From NCBI GenBank assembly GCA_036679645.1, contig JAZDCY010000056.1, forward strand, positions 75,911 to 139,910: a stretch of DNA of 64,000 bases, given 5' to 3'. Within the stretch, counting starts at the first letter, position 1; the number at the start of each line of letters is the position of its first letter. Under the pieces are notes generated by a model that saw nothing but the letters and a program-made list of their open reading frames with translations, was not told the DNA's origin and did not search any database. A program made the translations under genes and the position numbers. The stretch comes from Gemmatimonadota bacterium (GTDB taxonomy: Bacteria; Gemmatimonadota; Gemmatimonadetes; Gemmatimonadales; GWC2-71-9). Below are positions 10,491 to 20,380 of the stretch, piece by piece.

Positions 10491-11484
10491 GCGGCGGCGT
10501 GCGCCGTTCCCGCATCCCGAGCTGCGCTGCGAGTGCGGCGAGGAGCTGAAGCGCTACTGGCCCCACTGCCCCCGCTGTGCACGACGGCAACTCTGGCGGG
10601 ACGCGGGCGGCGTGACCGGCGCAGAGTGCTACAAGTGCGGCTGGGTCGTGTCCGACGCCGCATGGTTCTGCCCCTGGTGCGGCACAGACATCTTCGAGGA
10701 AGGAGTGTCGGTCGAGCATCCGTTGAAGGCCCCGAAGGGCTTTCGCTTCTCGGCCCAGTGCGACTGGCGCTGCGGGGGCGGGGTCGAGCACCCCATGTCG
10801 TACTGTCCCTGGTGTGGACGCGAACAGGAATGGAGTGATGAGGAATTCGATGGGGAGTGCCCGCACTGCGATCGCGGAGTCAACGACTGGATGGACCACT
10901 GTCCCTGGTGCGGCCAGGACGCCACCGGACAAGTACTCATTCCCCGCGCCTTACGGAACGTGCGCCAGTTGCTGCGCGTGTCTGGCATCAAGAATTGGGG
11001 ATATCGCGTGCTGCTGCGGCCGGGTATGTCCGGTGTCGACCCCAAGGCGCCCAAGATCATCGAGATCGAGCGTGCGTACGTTACCGGACACCAACGACGC
11101 GATGAAATCGAGTGGTCCATGCTCGTCGGGCTCATCTGTCACGAGCTGGGCCACAGTTTTCTCTTCCACCACTGGCGCTGGGCGCGGTCACCGGATTTCG
11201 TCAAGGCGTTCGGTGAGGTGGACAAGCGCTATCGTGTTCGCGACGAAGCGTGGGTAGACTTCCAGCGGCGGCGCGTCACGACCACGCGACCCAACTTCGT
11301 CACGTCCTACGCCGCCAATCACCCGGAAGAAGACTTCGCCGAGACGTTCCGGTTCTACGTTACCCGACGCGGGAAGATGCGCGAGTTGCTCGCCGAGATG
11401 GGACAGAAACGGAAGGCTGTCGTAGTGTACGAGAAATTCCTCGCGCTCCATCACTACATCCGGTGGCTACGGGGCTGGCGATGA
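10477..11484 (+). CDS. four tandem zinc ribbons fused to a predicted HExxH zinc metallopeptidase domain
   Basis: 335 aa with four CxxC(or CxC)-x10-11-CxxC units: CECG..CPRC, CYKCG..CPWCG, CDWRCG..CPWCG, CPHCD..CPWCG. These are followed by ICHELGHSF and HPEEDFAETF. The start overlaps the ATP-grasp stop by 14 nt. Confidence 0.7.
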   Translation: MKRRRRRRAPFPHPELRCECGEELKRYWPHCPRCARRQLWRDAGGVTGAECYKCGWVVSDAAWFCPWCGTDIFEEGVSVEHPLKAPKGFRFSAQCDWRCGGGVEHPMSYCPWCGREQEWSDEEFDGECPHCDRGVNDWMDHCPWCGQDATGQVLIPRALRNVRQLLRVSGIKNWGYRVLLRPGMSGVDPKAPKIIEIERAYVTGHQRRDEIEWSMLVGLICHELGHSFLFHHWRWARSPDFVKAFGEVDKRYRVRDEAWVDFQRRRVTTTRPNFVTSYAANHPEEDFAETFRFYVTRRGKMRELLAEMGQKRKAVVVYEKFLALHHYIRWLRGWR

Positions 11485-12578
11485 GCGCACCGGTGCTCCC
11501 GCTCGTTGATACCGGCCGCCTGAAGCGGCGGGTCGCGGCACTCGCAGAGAACCGGCCCGGCATCTACCGGATGCTCGATCCGACTGGACAGGTGATCTAC
11601 GTCGGCAAGGCCAAGCGCGTTCGTGCGCGCCTGCTGTCGTATTTCAACGCAAGCTATCCCGAGGACAAGGCCGCCCGTATCCTGTTCGCCACAGATGACA
11701 TCCAGTGGAACTACACCGCGTCGGAGTTCGCGGCCCTCCTTGGCGAGTTGCGGCAGATCCAACGCCATCGTCCTCGTTTCAACGTGCGCATGAACCGCCC
11801 GCGCCGGGTTGCATTTGTCAAGATTTCGGGCACCCCGGCGCCGAAACTGTTCGTTGGGAACGCGCCCACATCACCGGACGTGCGCCACTACGGGCCGTTC
11901 ATGTCGGCGAGCCGTCTCAAAGACGCTATTCGCGAGCTGAACCTGCAACTCGGACTGCGAGACTGCGCCCTGAACATGCCGATCACGTATTCCGAGCAGG
12001 GAGACCTCTTCACGTCGGACCACCCGGCAGGCTGCCTGCGGTATGAGCTGGGGAGCTGTACGGGACCATGCGGCGGTTTCGTGAGCGAGCCGGACTACAT
12101 GCAGCGTGTCGAGACCGCGCTCGCGTTTCTCGAGGGCCGCGCGATCTCGCCCATCGACGCGATCGTGCAGCAGATGAACCGAGCGAGCCGAAAGAAGGAC
12201 TACGAGCTGGCAGCGCGTTGGCGTGACCGGTTCGAGGCTTTGGAGTGGCTGTTTGCCGAGGGCAACCGCGTGCGCGCAGCGATCGACGGATTGAGCTTCG
12301 TGTACACCGACACGGGCACGTATGGCGACGATCGGGTCTACGTTATCAAACGAGCGACCGTACGAGCCAGCGCACCGGCACCCCACACGCCGATCGAGAC
12401 CGCAGCCTTTCGCGCGCTAGTGGCAGCGCACACAGGCTCGGAGACCGGTGCTGGACCGCTCCCCCCCAACGCAATCGACGAGGTCGTGCTCTTGTTGAGT
12501 TGGTTCCGGCGCCATCCCTCGGCTCTGCGCCACACGGTACCGCTGGAGGCGTGGCTCGATCAGCACGCCGAGGCGTGA
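11481..12578 (+). CDS. GIY-YIG nuclease, UvrC N-terminal-half homolog (Cho-like)
   Basis: ATG at 11481 (ATGA overlap) gives MSAPVLPL...PGIYRMLDPTGQVIYVGKAKRVRARLLSYF, the GIY-YIG motif. A UVR-like helix (ELAARWRDRFEALEWL) follows. At 366 aa it lacks the C-terminal UvrC endonuclease/HhH half. Confidence 0.75.
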   Translation: MSAPVLPLVDTGRLKRRVAALAENRPGIYRMLDPTGQVIYVGKAKRVRARLLSYFNASYPEDKAARILFATDDIQWNYTASEFAALLGELRQIQRHRPRFNVRMNRPRRVAFVKISGTPAPKLFVGNAPTSPDVRHYGPFMSASRLKDAIRELNLQLGLRDCALNMPITYSEQGDLFTSDHPAGCLRYELGSCTGPCGGFVSEPDYMQRVETALAFLEGRAISPIDAIVQQMNRASRKKDYELAARWRDRFEALEWLFAEGNRVRAAIDGLSFVYTDTGTYGDDRVYVIKRATVRASAPAPHTPIETAAFRALVAAHTGSETGAGPLPPNAIDEVVLLLSWFRRHPSALRHTVPLEAWLDQHAEA

Positions 12579-12588
12579 GACACGTGCC

Positions 12589-13566
12589 ATGCTGATCTCG
12601 TCCCTGCTCGCGATCGCCGGATTGGCGCTGCTCGTGGGTGGAGGACACTATCTCGTCGAGGGAGCAACGCGGCTGTCGCTGCGTGCGCGAATCTCGCCGA
12701 CCGTGATCGGCCTGACGGTCGTGGCACTCGGGACGAGCATGCCCGAATTGGCTGTGAGCCTCGAGGCGGCGATCCGCGGCAATACCGACATCTCGTACGC
12801 CAACGTCGTCGGGTCCAACATCTTCAACGTCGCCGCCGTACTCGGGATCGCCGCACTGATCGCGCCGATACCCGTCCAGGGACGGATGCTCAAGATCGAG
12901 TATCCGTTCATGATCGCGGTCCTGATTCTTTGTCTTGTGATGGCAGGCAACGACACGGTGAGCCACCTCGATGGTGCCATCTTCGTCTTGGTGCTCGGCG
13001 CATCGCTCATCGCCCTGATTCGCTGGTCGCGATCGCAACCCCCCGATGAAGAGACCATCGAACTGGAGCGGGAGTACGCCGCGCACGTCGGCCTGACGGA
13101 TCGGCGCGCGGTCGCCCGAGCATGGCTCGTCAACATAGTCATGATCGCGGCCGGGATCGCTCTGCTGGCCGGCGGTGCTGCGCTCCTGATTCGGGGTGCG
13201 ATCGATATTGCGACACGCTTTCACGTCACACATCGGGTCATCGGGCTCACCCTGGTGGCCGGTGGTACGAGCCTTCCCGAACTCGCCGCCAGCGTCACCG
13301 CGGCGGTTAAGGGACGCCCCGGCCTCGCACTTGGCAACATCGTGGGTTCCAACATCTTCAACGTGCTGTCGATATTGGGCATCACGTCACTGATCCGCGA
13401 GATTCCGGTAAACCCGACCGCCGTATCACTCGACAACTGGGTGATGGTTGGCCTCGCGCTGCTGCTGTTCGTGTTCCTTGCCGTGGGCAAACGACTTACG
13501 CGTATCGAGGGAGGCGTAATGTTGGCGCTGTTCGTGGCGTATATGACCCGGGTCGTTGCGACGTAG
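12589..13566 (+). CDS. Ca2+/cation antiporter (CaCA family, YrbG-like)
   Basis: 325 aa, multi-TM, with duplicated alpha-repeat motifs GTSMPELAVS and GTSLPELAAS. Confidence 0.85.
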   Translation: MLISSLLAIAGLALLVGGGHYLVEGATRLSLRARISPTVIGLTVVALGTSMPELAVSLEAAIRGNTDISYANVVGSNIFNVAAVLGIAALIAPIPVQGRMLKIEYPFMIAVLILCLVMAGNDTVSHLDGAIFVLVLGASLIALIRWSRSQPPDEETIELEREYAAHVGLTDRRAVARAWLVNIVMIAAGIALLAGGAALLIRGAIDIATRFHVTHRVIGLTLVAGGTSLPELAASVTAAVKGRPGLALGNIVGSNIFNVLSILGITSLIREIPVNPTAVSLDNWVMVGLALLLFVFLAVGKRLTRIEGGVMLALFVAYMTRVVAT

Positions 13567-13641
13567 TCGGGTGACGGTTGCCCTAACATTCTCCGCGACC
13601 AATCCGTAGTACTATCATCACGACTCTTCCGAGGGACCTTC

Positions 13642-14076
13642 ATGTTGAGAACCGTCTTGTCTACCGCTGCGGGCCTGGGGCTCGCGCTCACGCTCGCACA
13701 GCCTACAGTGGCACAGGAGGATGAGAGCCAGGGCCACTCGCACCCAGTCATCGGGCAGTGGGAGCTGTCGTTCGAGACCCCGCGCGGATCACAGACCATG
13801 ACCCTCACGTTCGAGCTGGACGGAGAGACGCTCAAGGGAACGGCCGAGACGCGACGTGGCACCGTGGAGTTGCGGGACGTGCGCTATGAAGGCAACGAAC
13901 TCGGATTCTCCGTCCCGTTCGGGGGCAGGGGAGGCAGAGGTGGGGGCCGGGGCGGGGGCCAGGGATTCGCTCTCCAGTTCGTGGGCACGATCGATGGTGA
14001 CATGATGGAAGGGAAGCTCCGCATGCCACGCGGTAACAACGAAGCACCGTGGACCGCCACACGGGTGGCCACCTGA
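13642..14076 (+). CDS. small secreted protein with a Gly/Arg-rich insert, function unknown
   Basis: 144 aa. Signal peptide MLRTVLSTAAGLGLALTLAQPTVAQ. Contains the low-complexity segment FGGRGGRGGGRGGGQGF. Confidence 0.6.
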   Translation: MLRTVLSTAAGLGLALTLAQPTVAQEDESQGHSHPVIGQWELSFETPRGSQTMTLTFELDGETLKGTAETRRGTVELRDVRYEGNELGFSVPFGGRGGRGGGRGGGQGFALQFVGTIDGDMMEGKLRMPRGNNEAPWTATRVAT

Positions 14077-14127
14077 TCATCACGGGCTCACCAACGAGGC
14101 CGTTCTCCCCCGACAACGGATTCCATT

Positions 14128-17100
14128 ATGATCCACCGACGCCTCTCGCCGGTCGTGACCGTGTTCCTCGCGGCAGCGGCGACCTCCGCGCACGCCCAGG
14201 TCAGCCAACCTCTCGATTCCACCACGATGAGCGCATTCCGGTGGCGAGCCATCGGCCCAGCCTCTATGAGCGGCCGCATCACGGACGTCGAGGGCATTCC
14301 GAGCCCTTCGAAGACGTTCTTCATAGCGGCGGCAAGCGGTGGCATCTGGAAGACGACCAATGCCGGCACAACGTTCCGCCCCGTGTTCGATCACGAGCGC
14401 GTGATCTCCATGGGCGACATCGCGATCGCCCCGAGCGACACGATGATCGTCTGGGCCGGGACGGGCGAGGAGGATTCCCGCAACTCGATCTCGCCGGGCG
14501 GCGGGATCTACAAGTCGATCGACGGTGGCCTCACGTGGACCCTGATGGGACTCGAGGCCACCCAGCAGATCGGGCGCATCGTGATTCACCCAACGAATCC
14601 AGACGTCGTCTACGTCGCGGCTCTGGGCCACGTTTGGGGTCCAAATCCTGAACGCGGTTTGTACAAGACGACCGACGGCGGCGAGACCTGGGAGTTGATC
14701 AAGTTCATCAGCGACCGGGCGGGCTTTGTGGATGTTGCGATGCATCCCAACAACCCGGACATCCTGTTCGCCTCGAGCTGGGAACGGGTACGCGGTCCGT
14801 ATTTCCTACGGAGTGGCGGACCTGGGAGCGCCTTGTGGAAGACGACCGACGGTGGGGCCAACTGGACCGAGGTTCGCGGGAACGGTTTCCCCGAGACCAT
14901 GCTCGGACGCATTGGGATCGCCATCGCGCCGAGCAACCCGGACATCGTGTACGCCCTGGTCGAGGCCGATTCCACCGAGGGCGGGGGTGGGTTGCTGTCA
15001 GGACTTTATCGCTCCGAAGACGCTGGGGGCTCATGGGAGCGCATGAGCGAGCGCGATTCGCGGCCGTTCTACTACTCGCAGGTCCGCGTCGACCCGCAGA
15101 ACCCCGATCGCGTCTACTGGTCGTCCGGCCCGGTGAATTTCTCCGATGACGGCGGCAAGACCGTCCGCAACGCGACCGTAGGGATTCACGTCGACCACCA
15201 TGCCATGTGGATCGACCCCACCGACCCGGAACACTTCATCGTCGGGAACGACGGTGGCGTGTCGCAGACATGGGACCGTGGCGGAAACTACCGCACGCTA
15301 AACGTCATGCCGCTCGGCCAGTTCTACGCGGTCAGTTACAACATGGAGGTACCCTACCGCGTCTGCGGCGGCTTGCAGGACAACGGCTCGTGGTGCGGGC
15401 CGAGTCGGCGCTCCCGTGGTGCCATCACAAACGAGCACTGGTCCTACATCAGCGGCGGGGACGCGCCTGAATCTGGCAACCGGCAATCAGTCGCGGCTGC
15501 AGAAGCCCGACTGGCGGCAGCGGTACACCACGTACGAAGATTCCGTCATCATCGAACTGCCGGATACGACGCAGCGGCCCAATCGCCAGCAGCGTCGTCG
15601 TATCGAGAGCTTCCGCCAGCAGCAGCACGCCGATTCGGTCAACATGGCGTTGCGCTGGAACTGGAGCACGCCCTTTTTCATCTCCGAGCACTCGCCCACT
15701 ACGTTCTACGCCGGTGCGAGTCGCGTGCTGAAGTCCACGAACCGCGGTGAGGGGCTCTATCCCATTTCACCCGACCTCACGACACAGGACGCCGAGCGCA
15801 TTCGCATCAGCACCGAGACGACCGGTGGGATCACGCGAGACGTCACGAACGCCGAAACGCATAGCACGATAACCGCGCTGGCGGAATCGCCGATCCGTCC
15901 GGGACTGCTCTATGCCGGCACAGACGACGGGAACGTCTGGCTCACGCGAAATGATGGCGGTGACTGGGACGAATTAACCGGTCGGTTCCCCGGCGTTCCG
16001 GCAAAGACGTGGGTGAGCCGTATCGAGCCGTCGCATCACGACTCGGCGGCATTTTATGTCTCGTTCGACGGTCACCGGGAGAACGATTTTGCGCCGTACG
16101 TGTACGTGACGCACGATTTTGGCGCGACGTTCCGGTCGATCGCCAACGATCTTCCAACTGGCGGCCCCAATTTCATTCACGTCATCCGGGAAGATCCGCA
16201 CAATGCCGATCTCCTGTTTGTCGGCACCGACGTCGGCGTCTATGTATCGACAGATCGCGGCGCGTCGTGGCAGCGTTTCATGGAAGGTCTCCCGACGGTG
16301 CCCGTGCACGATCTCAAGATTCACCCACGGGATCGCGAGCTGATCGCGGGGACGCACGGGCGCTCGATCTGGATCGTCGATATCGCAACTCTCGAGCAGC
16401 TCACCAACGAGGTGCTGGCGGCGGACGCCTACCTGTTTGAGCCGAAGACCGCGTATCAGTACAACTCACCGCCGCGGGGCGGGCAGAACTACGGTCACGA
16501 CGTCTTCGAAGCCCAAAGCCCCCGGTATGGGGCGGAGATCGTGTACCGTCGCACGAGCGGGGAGCGCCGCACGCAGACACCCATCGTCATCACGAACGTG
16601 ATGGGCGATACGGTGCAGACGCTGCAGGGACCCGGCACGCCGGGTATCCATCGGGTGACGTGGAACTTTCGCGGTGCGCCGGCGCCCAGGGACCCGCTCT
16701 CGCCATCCCAGCAGCGCGACTCGGTGTTGTTCCTGCGGCGGCTCGATGTCGTGTTCGACTCCGTCGCAGAGGCCGGGACACCGCGCCAGATGCTGGATCG
16801 GATCCGGAACGGTATCGCCTCCGGCAACACGGACCAGCTGCGCCGCCTTGCGGGCTTTGGTGGCGGGGGTGGCGGCGGTGCCTTTGGCCGTGGGCAGAGG
16901 AATCCAGGTCAGTTCAATGAGCGACCCGGTGAGTCGCGGGCCCGCGGGCAACGTGGACCGGGCGCGCGCGGCGGCGGTCAGGGCGGTGCTCGTGCAGCGG
17001 GAGGTCAGGGTGAACCTTCGGGAGGTGCCGGCGGCGGGTTTGCGGGTGCGGGTCGCGAGATGATGCGGGACATCTTCCGGCTGTTCCGTCGGGATCGAGA

Positions 17101-17308
17101 ACTGCGCCGGTACAGTTCCGCGTTCGGCCTTGGTGGGTTCGGATTCGGGGGCCGCGGGCGCGGGGGCGGCGGCGGCTCGTTGGTCGAGACCGGTGACTAT
17201 CTCGTGAGCGTCACGATCGACGACGAGACGATGCGGCGCGTGCTGCGCGTGGAGCGCGTGTCCGGTGGCCGCAACGGGGGCGTGGCGTTCGAGGAGGAGG
17301 AGCGATAG
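14128..17308 (+). pseudogene. sortilin/VPS10-type BNR (Asp-box) beta-propeller protein, reading frame broken near 15460 (pseudogene or assembly error)
   Basis: ORFs 14128..15750 and 15416..17308 carry consecutive parts of one family. The first has a signal peptide, GGIWKTTNAGTTF and GGLQDNGSWCGP...ISGGD. The second has RLNLATGNQSRLQKPDW...VLKSTNRGE...VHDLKIHPRD. The total length of 3181 nt is not a multiple of 3. Confidence 0.7.
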
Positions 17309-17337
17309 GCCACCCCCAAGAAACGATTCCCATCAAG

Positions 17338-17372
17338 ACGCGGGGGCGCAGGACGGCCCCCGCGTTTGTTGT
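17338..17372 (+). terminator. rho-independent terminator candidate after the BNR gene
   Basis: ACGCGGGGGC (17338-47) pairs with GCCCCCGCGT (17356-65) around an 8-nt loop. It is followed by TTGTTGTGT. Confidence 0.6.
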
Positions 17373-17539
17373 GTGGCAACGCGATACACCACGCACTGAA
17401 CGGCGAGCTTGCAGAAAGCATGTGTGCGTCCCACCTTATTCCAATCCGTCCGAGAGGTTCGGTTCTTGAGCGTGGCTGTGCGATTAAGTCTTCGGTCCCG
17501 ACGTGCCTGCCCGTCGTTGGTGCACGTGCCCCGGTCAGC

Positions 17540-17980
17540 ATGACCACCCAGCACGGGTTTACCCTGATCGAGCTCTTGATCGTAGTCGCGATCATCGGGT
17601 TGCTCGTGCTGATGGCCACACCACGGATCGGCATCGTGCTGGTCGGGCAAAGCGTTCACTCCGCGCGCGATGCGTCGATCGGCATGCACGGCAGGGCCCG
17701 CGCGGCTGCTGTCCAGCGCGGTCAGTCGACCCGGTTGGTGATCAGCGGGAACACCCTGCTCATCCGCAGCGAGCATCCCGTCACCGGAGCGGTCGATACC
17801 GTTGGCCCGGTGCGAGACCTCTTTGACCAGTACAGAGTCACCGTGACCTCGAGTCGAGACTCGCTCGTTTTCGATCCGCGAGGTTTGGGAAACGATGGTG
17901 GACCGACGGTCATCACGGTCACCCGGGGTGTGCACGCGGACACAATCGTCATCAGCACATGGGGCAGGATTCTAAAGTGA
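17540..17980 (+). CDS. type IV minor pilin, GspH/FimT-like
   Basis: ATG at 17540 gives MTTQHGFTLIELLIVVAIIGLL, the prepilin cleavage/methylation motif G|FTLIE. 146 aa. Confidence 0.75.
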   Translation: MTTQHGFTLIELLIVVAIIGLLVLMATPRIGIVLVGQSVHSARDASIGMHGRARAAAVQRGQSTRLVISGNTLLIRSEHPVTGAVDTVGPVRDLFDQYRVTVTSSRDSLVFDPRGLGNDGGPTVITVTRGVHADTIVISTWGRILK

Positions 17981-18324
17981 AGGGCTCCGACGGATTCACA
18001 CTCGTGGAGGTCCTCGTCGCGATGCTGATCCTGACGATCGGGATCATTGCCCTCATCGGATCGTCTGCCCTCGTGACGCGCATGATCACCCAGGGGCAGA
18101 TCTTCAGCGAGGCAAGCGCGTTGGCTGCGCAGCGGATCGAGACTTTGCGGAGCGGCGGCTGCGCTGGCATGGGTAGCGGCACTGCAGTCGATGGCCCGTA
18201 TGCGCTCTCATGGACCGTGGTCCCGATCGCTGACGGGAAGGTGCAACGTGTCGAGCTTACCGTAACGATGCCCACTCGCCGCGGGACGACCGACCGGGTC
18301 TTTGCCACCGCTGTCCTGTGTTGA
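17959..18324 (+). CDS. type IV minor pilin, PilV-like
   Basis: GSDGFTLVEVLVAMLILTIG prepilin motif. The start is either ATG 17959 or GTG 17977 (GTGA overlap with the upstream stop). Confidence 0.7.
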   Translation: MGQDSKVKGSDGFTLVEVLVAMLILTIGIIALIGSSALVTRMITQGQIFSEASALAAQRIETLRSGGCAGMGSGTAVDGPYALSWTVVPIADGKVQRVELTVTMPTRRGTTDRVFATAVLC

Positions 18325-19196
18325 TACACATTGAGAACGAACGCGGGTTCACGCTCATCGAGCTCCTGATATCCCTGGTGCTGGCCTCGCTGATCGGTAC
18401 GGCGATCATCAAGACACTCACTGACAGCCAGCAGCTGTACCGAGCGCAGACGGAACGCTCGAGCATGAACAGCAACACACGGATGGCGACGGCGATCCTT
18501 CCTGCCGAGATGCGCGAGCTGAGCGCGACGGACACCATTGGCGGTGACATCACGGCGATGTCGCTCACCGACATCACCTTCAAAGCCATGCGGGGCCTGT
18601 TTTTCACCTGCACCGCACCGGCGGATGGAGGAGCGACGGGCACCGTCGTGCTCTGGGGTACGCGGTCATTCGGAGTGCGCACCGACATCGACGGTGCACG
18701 GGATTCGGTGGTCATCTTCGTGGAGGGTGACTCCAGTACGGCGACAGACAACTACTGGTTGCACGCGGGTGTGACCGGCACCCCCGCCATTGGAACGGCG
18801 TGTCCCGGAGGGGCGGCCAGCATCACGGTGAGTCTGAGCAGTGTCCGACCCATCGGCGGCCTCGGCGGGGTCACTCCCGGCGGCCCGCTGCGCAGTTTCG
18901 AGATGATCCGGATCGCCGCCTACGCCGATGCCCTCGGTGATCGGTGGCTAGGAGCGCAACTGTACAGTGCAGGCGCCTGGGGCGCGATCGAACCGATACT
19001 CGGGCCGCTCGCCCCATCAGGGCTGCAGCTCACCTACTTCAACGCCGCGGGAGCCCCGACCACCTCCGTGGACTCCGTCGCCCGAATCGGGCTCGTCGTC
19101 ATCGGGCAGACATCGATCCCCGTGCGGGGGACGGGTGGGATGCGGCGAGCCGTGGACACGCTGATCACCGCCGTCGCCCTACGGAACAATCGATGA
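18318..19196 (+). CDS. type IV minor pilin, PilW-like
   Basis: ENERGFTLIELLISLVLASLIG prepilin motif. The 292-aa size and gene order match PilW. Confidence 0.7.
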   Translation: MLIHIENERGFTLIELLISLVLASLIGTAIIKTLTDSQQLYRAQTERSSMNSNTRMATAILPAEMRELSATDTIGGDITAMSLTDITFKAMRGLFFTCTAPADGGATGTVVLWGTRSFGVRTDIDGARDSVVIFVEGDSSTATDNYWLHAGVTGTPAIGTACPGGAASITVSLSSVRPIGGLGGVTPGGPLRSFEMIRIAAYADALGDRWLGAQLYSAGAWGAIEPILGPLAPSGLQLTYFNAAGAPTTSVDSVARIGLVVIGQTSIPVRGTGGMRRAVDTLITAVALRNNR

Positions 19197-19217
19197 GAGA
19201 CGGCTAGGGGTTTTGCC

Positions 19218-20336
19218 ATGAAATCACTCCGGCAAGAACGGGGTGTCGCGCTGGTGATAGCTGTATTCGCCCTCGTGGTCATCGGGACGCTGGTGGCCGC
19301 CGCGTTCTTCATAGGTGTGCAACAGCAACGCGTCGGGCGAAACACGTTGACGTTCCAGCAGGCGCTGTCCGCGGCCGAAGAGGGCTTGACGATGCAGGTC
19401 TCCAATTGGAACAGCACCACGTACAACGCGATGGCGATCGGTGACTCCGTAACGTTCACGGGAACGCTGCCGGGAAACGCGGCCTGGTATCGCGGCACGC
19501 TCACCCGGCTGAACCCGATGCTCTACTTCATCCGATCGGAAGGGTTCAGCGCCGATAGTCTCTCGCGCCAGCACGTGGGGTTGCTGATCCGACTCCGTCC
19601 ACTCGAGCTGCAGATCAACGCCGCGCTCGAGACACAGGGCAGAACGGAACTCAGCGGCAGCGCGTTCCTCGACGGCAGCGACGGGGTGCCTGCCGGTTGG
19701 ACCTGCCCACCGGCCGGACCCGCACGCCCCGGGATCCGCATGACGGACTCGACGGAGCTGATCACCCGGGGCGGCTGCAGGGGCTGGGCCTGCCTGACCG
19801 GTGATCCGAAGGTCGAGGAAGATCCGACCATCGACAGCACGTCCCTCATGACCTTTGGGGACGCCGATTTTTCCGACCTCCGACAGTTCGCCAGCAAGAT
19901 CCTGCCGCCCGCGACCTATACGGGCGTCGCGCCTGTCGTGGCCGGTGGCGAGTGCGTGACGTCGGAGATCAAGAACTGGGGAGAACCGCTGGCGCCCGGT
20001 TCCCCCTGTGCGGACTATTTCCCGTTCCTCTATGCCGACGGCAGTATCTCGGTCAACGGCGTTAGGGGCCAGGGCGTGTTGGTAGTGGCAGGCGACCTCA
20101 ACGTGCAAGGCGGGTTCGAGTTCTTCGGGCCCGTCATAATACTGGGGCGGCTTTCCACGCAGGGAATCGGCGGCCACTTCACGGGGGGAGTCATTGCGGG
20201 AAACGTGTCTCTCGATCGGAACCAGATCGCTGGCGCCGCCAGCGCCGCCTACTCGAGCTGCGCGCTGGCCAGGGCGCTCATCGGATCGGCGGTCGCCCGC
20301 CCTCTCGACGAGCGAAGCTGGGCAAACCTCTACTAG
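19218..20336 (+). CDS. PilX-like pilus assembly protein
   Basis: N-terminal RGVALVIAVFALVVIGTLVAAAFF...QAL.AAEEGL resembles the PilX N-terminal domain. It sits directly after the PilW-like gene. Confidence 0.65.
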   Translation: MKSLRQERGVALVIAVFALVVIGTLVAAAFFIGVQQQRVGRNTLTFQQALSAAEEGLTMQVSNWNSTTYNAMAIGDSVTFTGTLPGNAAWYRGTLTRLNPMLYFIRSEGFSADSLSRQHVGLLIRLRPLELQINAALETQGRTELSGSAFLDGSDGVPAGWTCPPAGPARPGIRMTDSTELITRGGCRGWACLTGDPKVEEDPTIDSTSLMTFGDADFSDLRQFASKILPPATYTGVAPVVAGGECVTSEIKNWGEPLAPGSPCADYFPFLYADGSISVNGVRGQGVLVVAGDLNVQGGFEFFGPVIILGRLSTQGIGGHFTGGVIAGNVSLDRNQIAGAASAAYSSCALARALIGSAVARPLDERSWANLY

Positions 20337-20380
20337 CGTGCTCGACCAAGCGTTTCTGACCCAGATGGACAGTTCGGGAG

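Noticed and set aside
17366-17400. Sigma-54-like TGGCAA...TACAC upstream of the pilin cluster
   Set aside because: The -12 element does not match TTGC, and other GG/GC pairs nearby have the wrong spacing.
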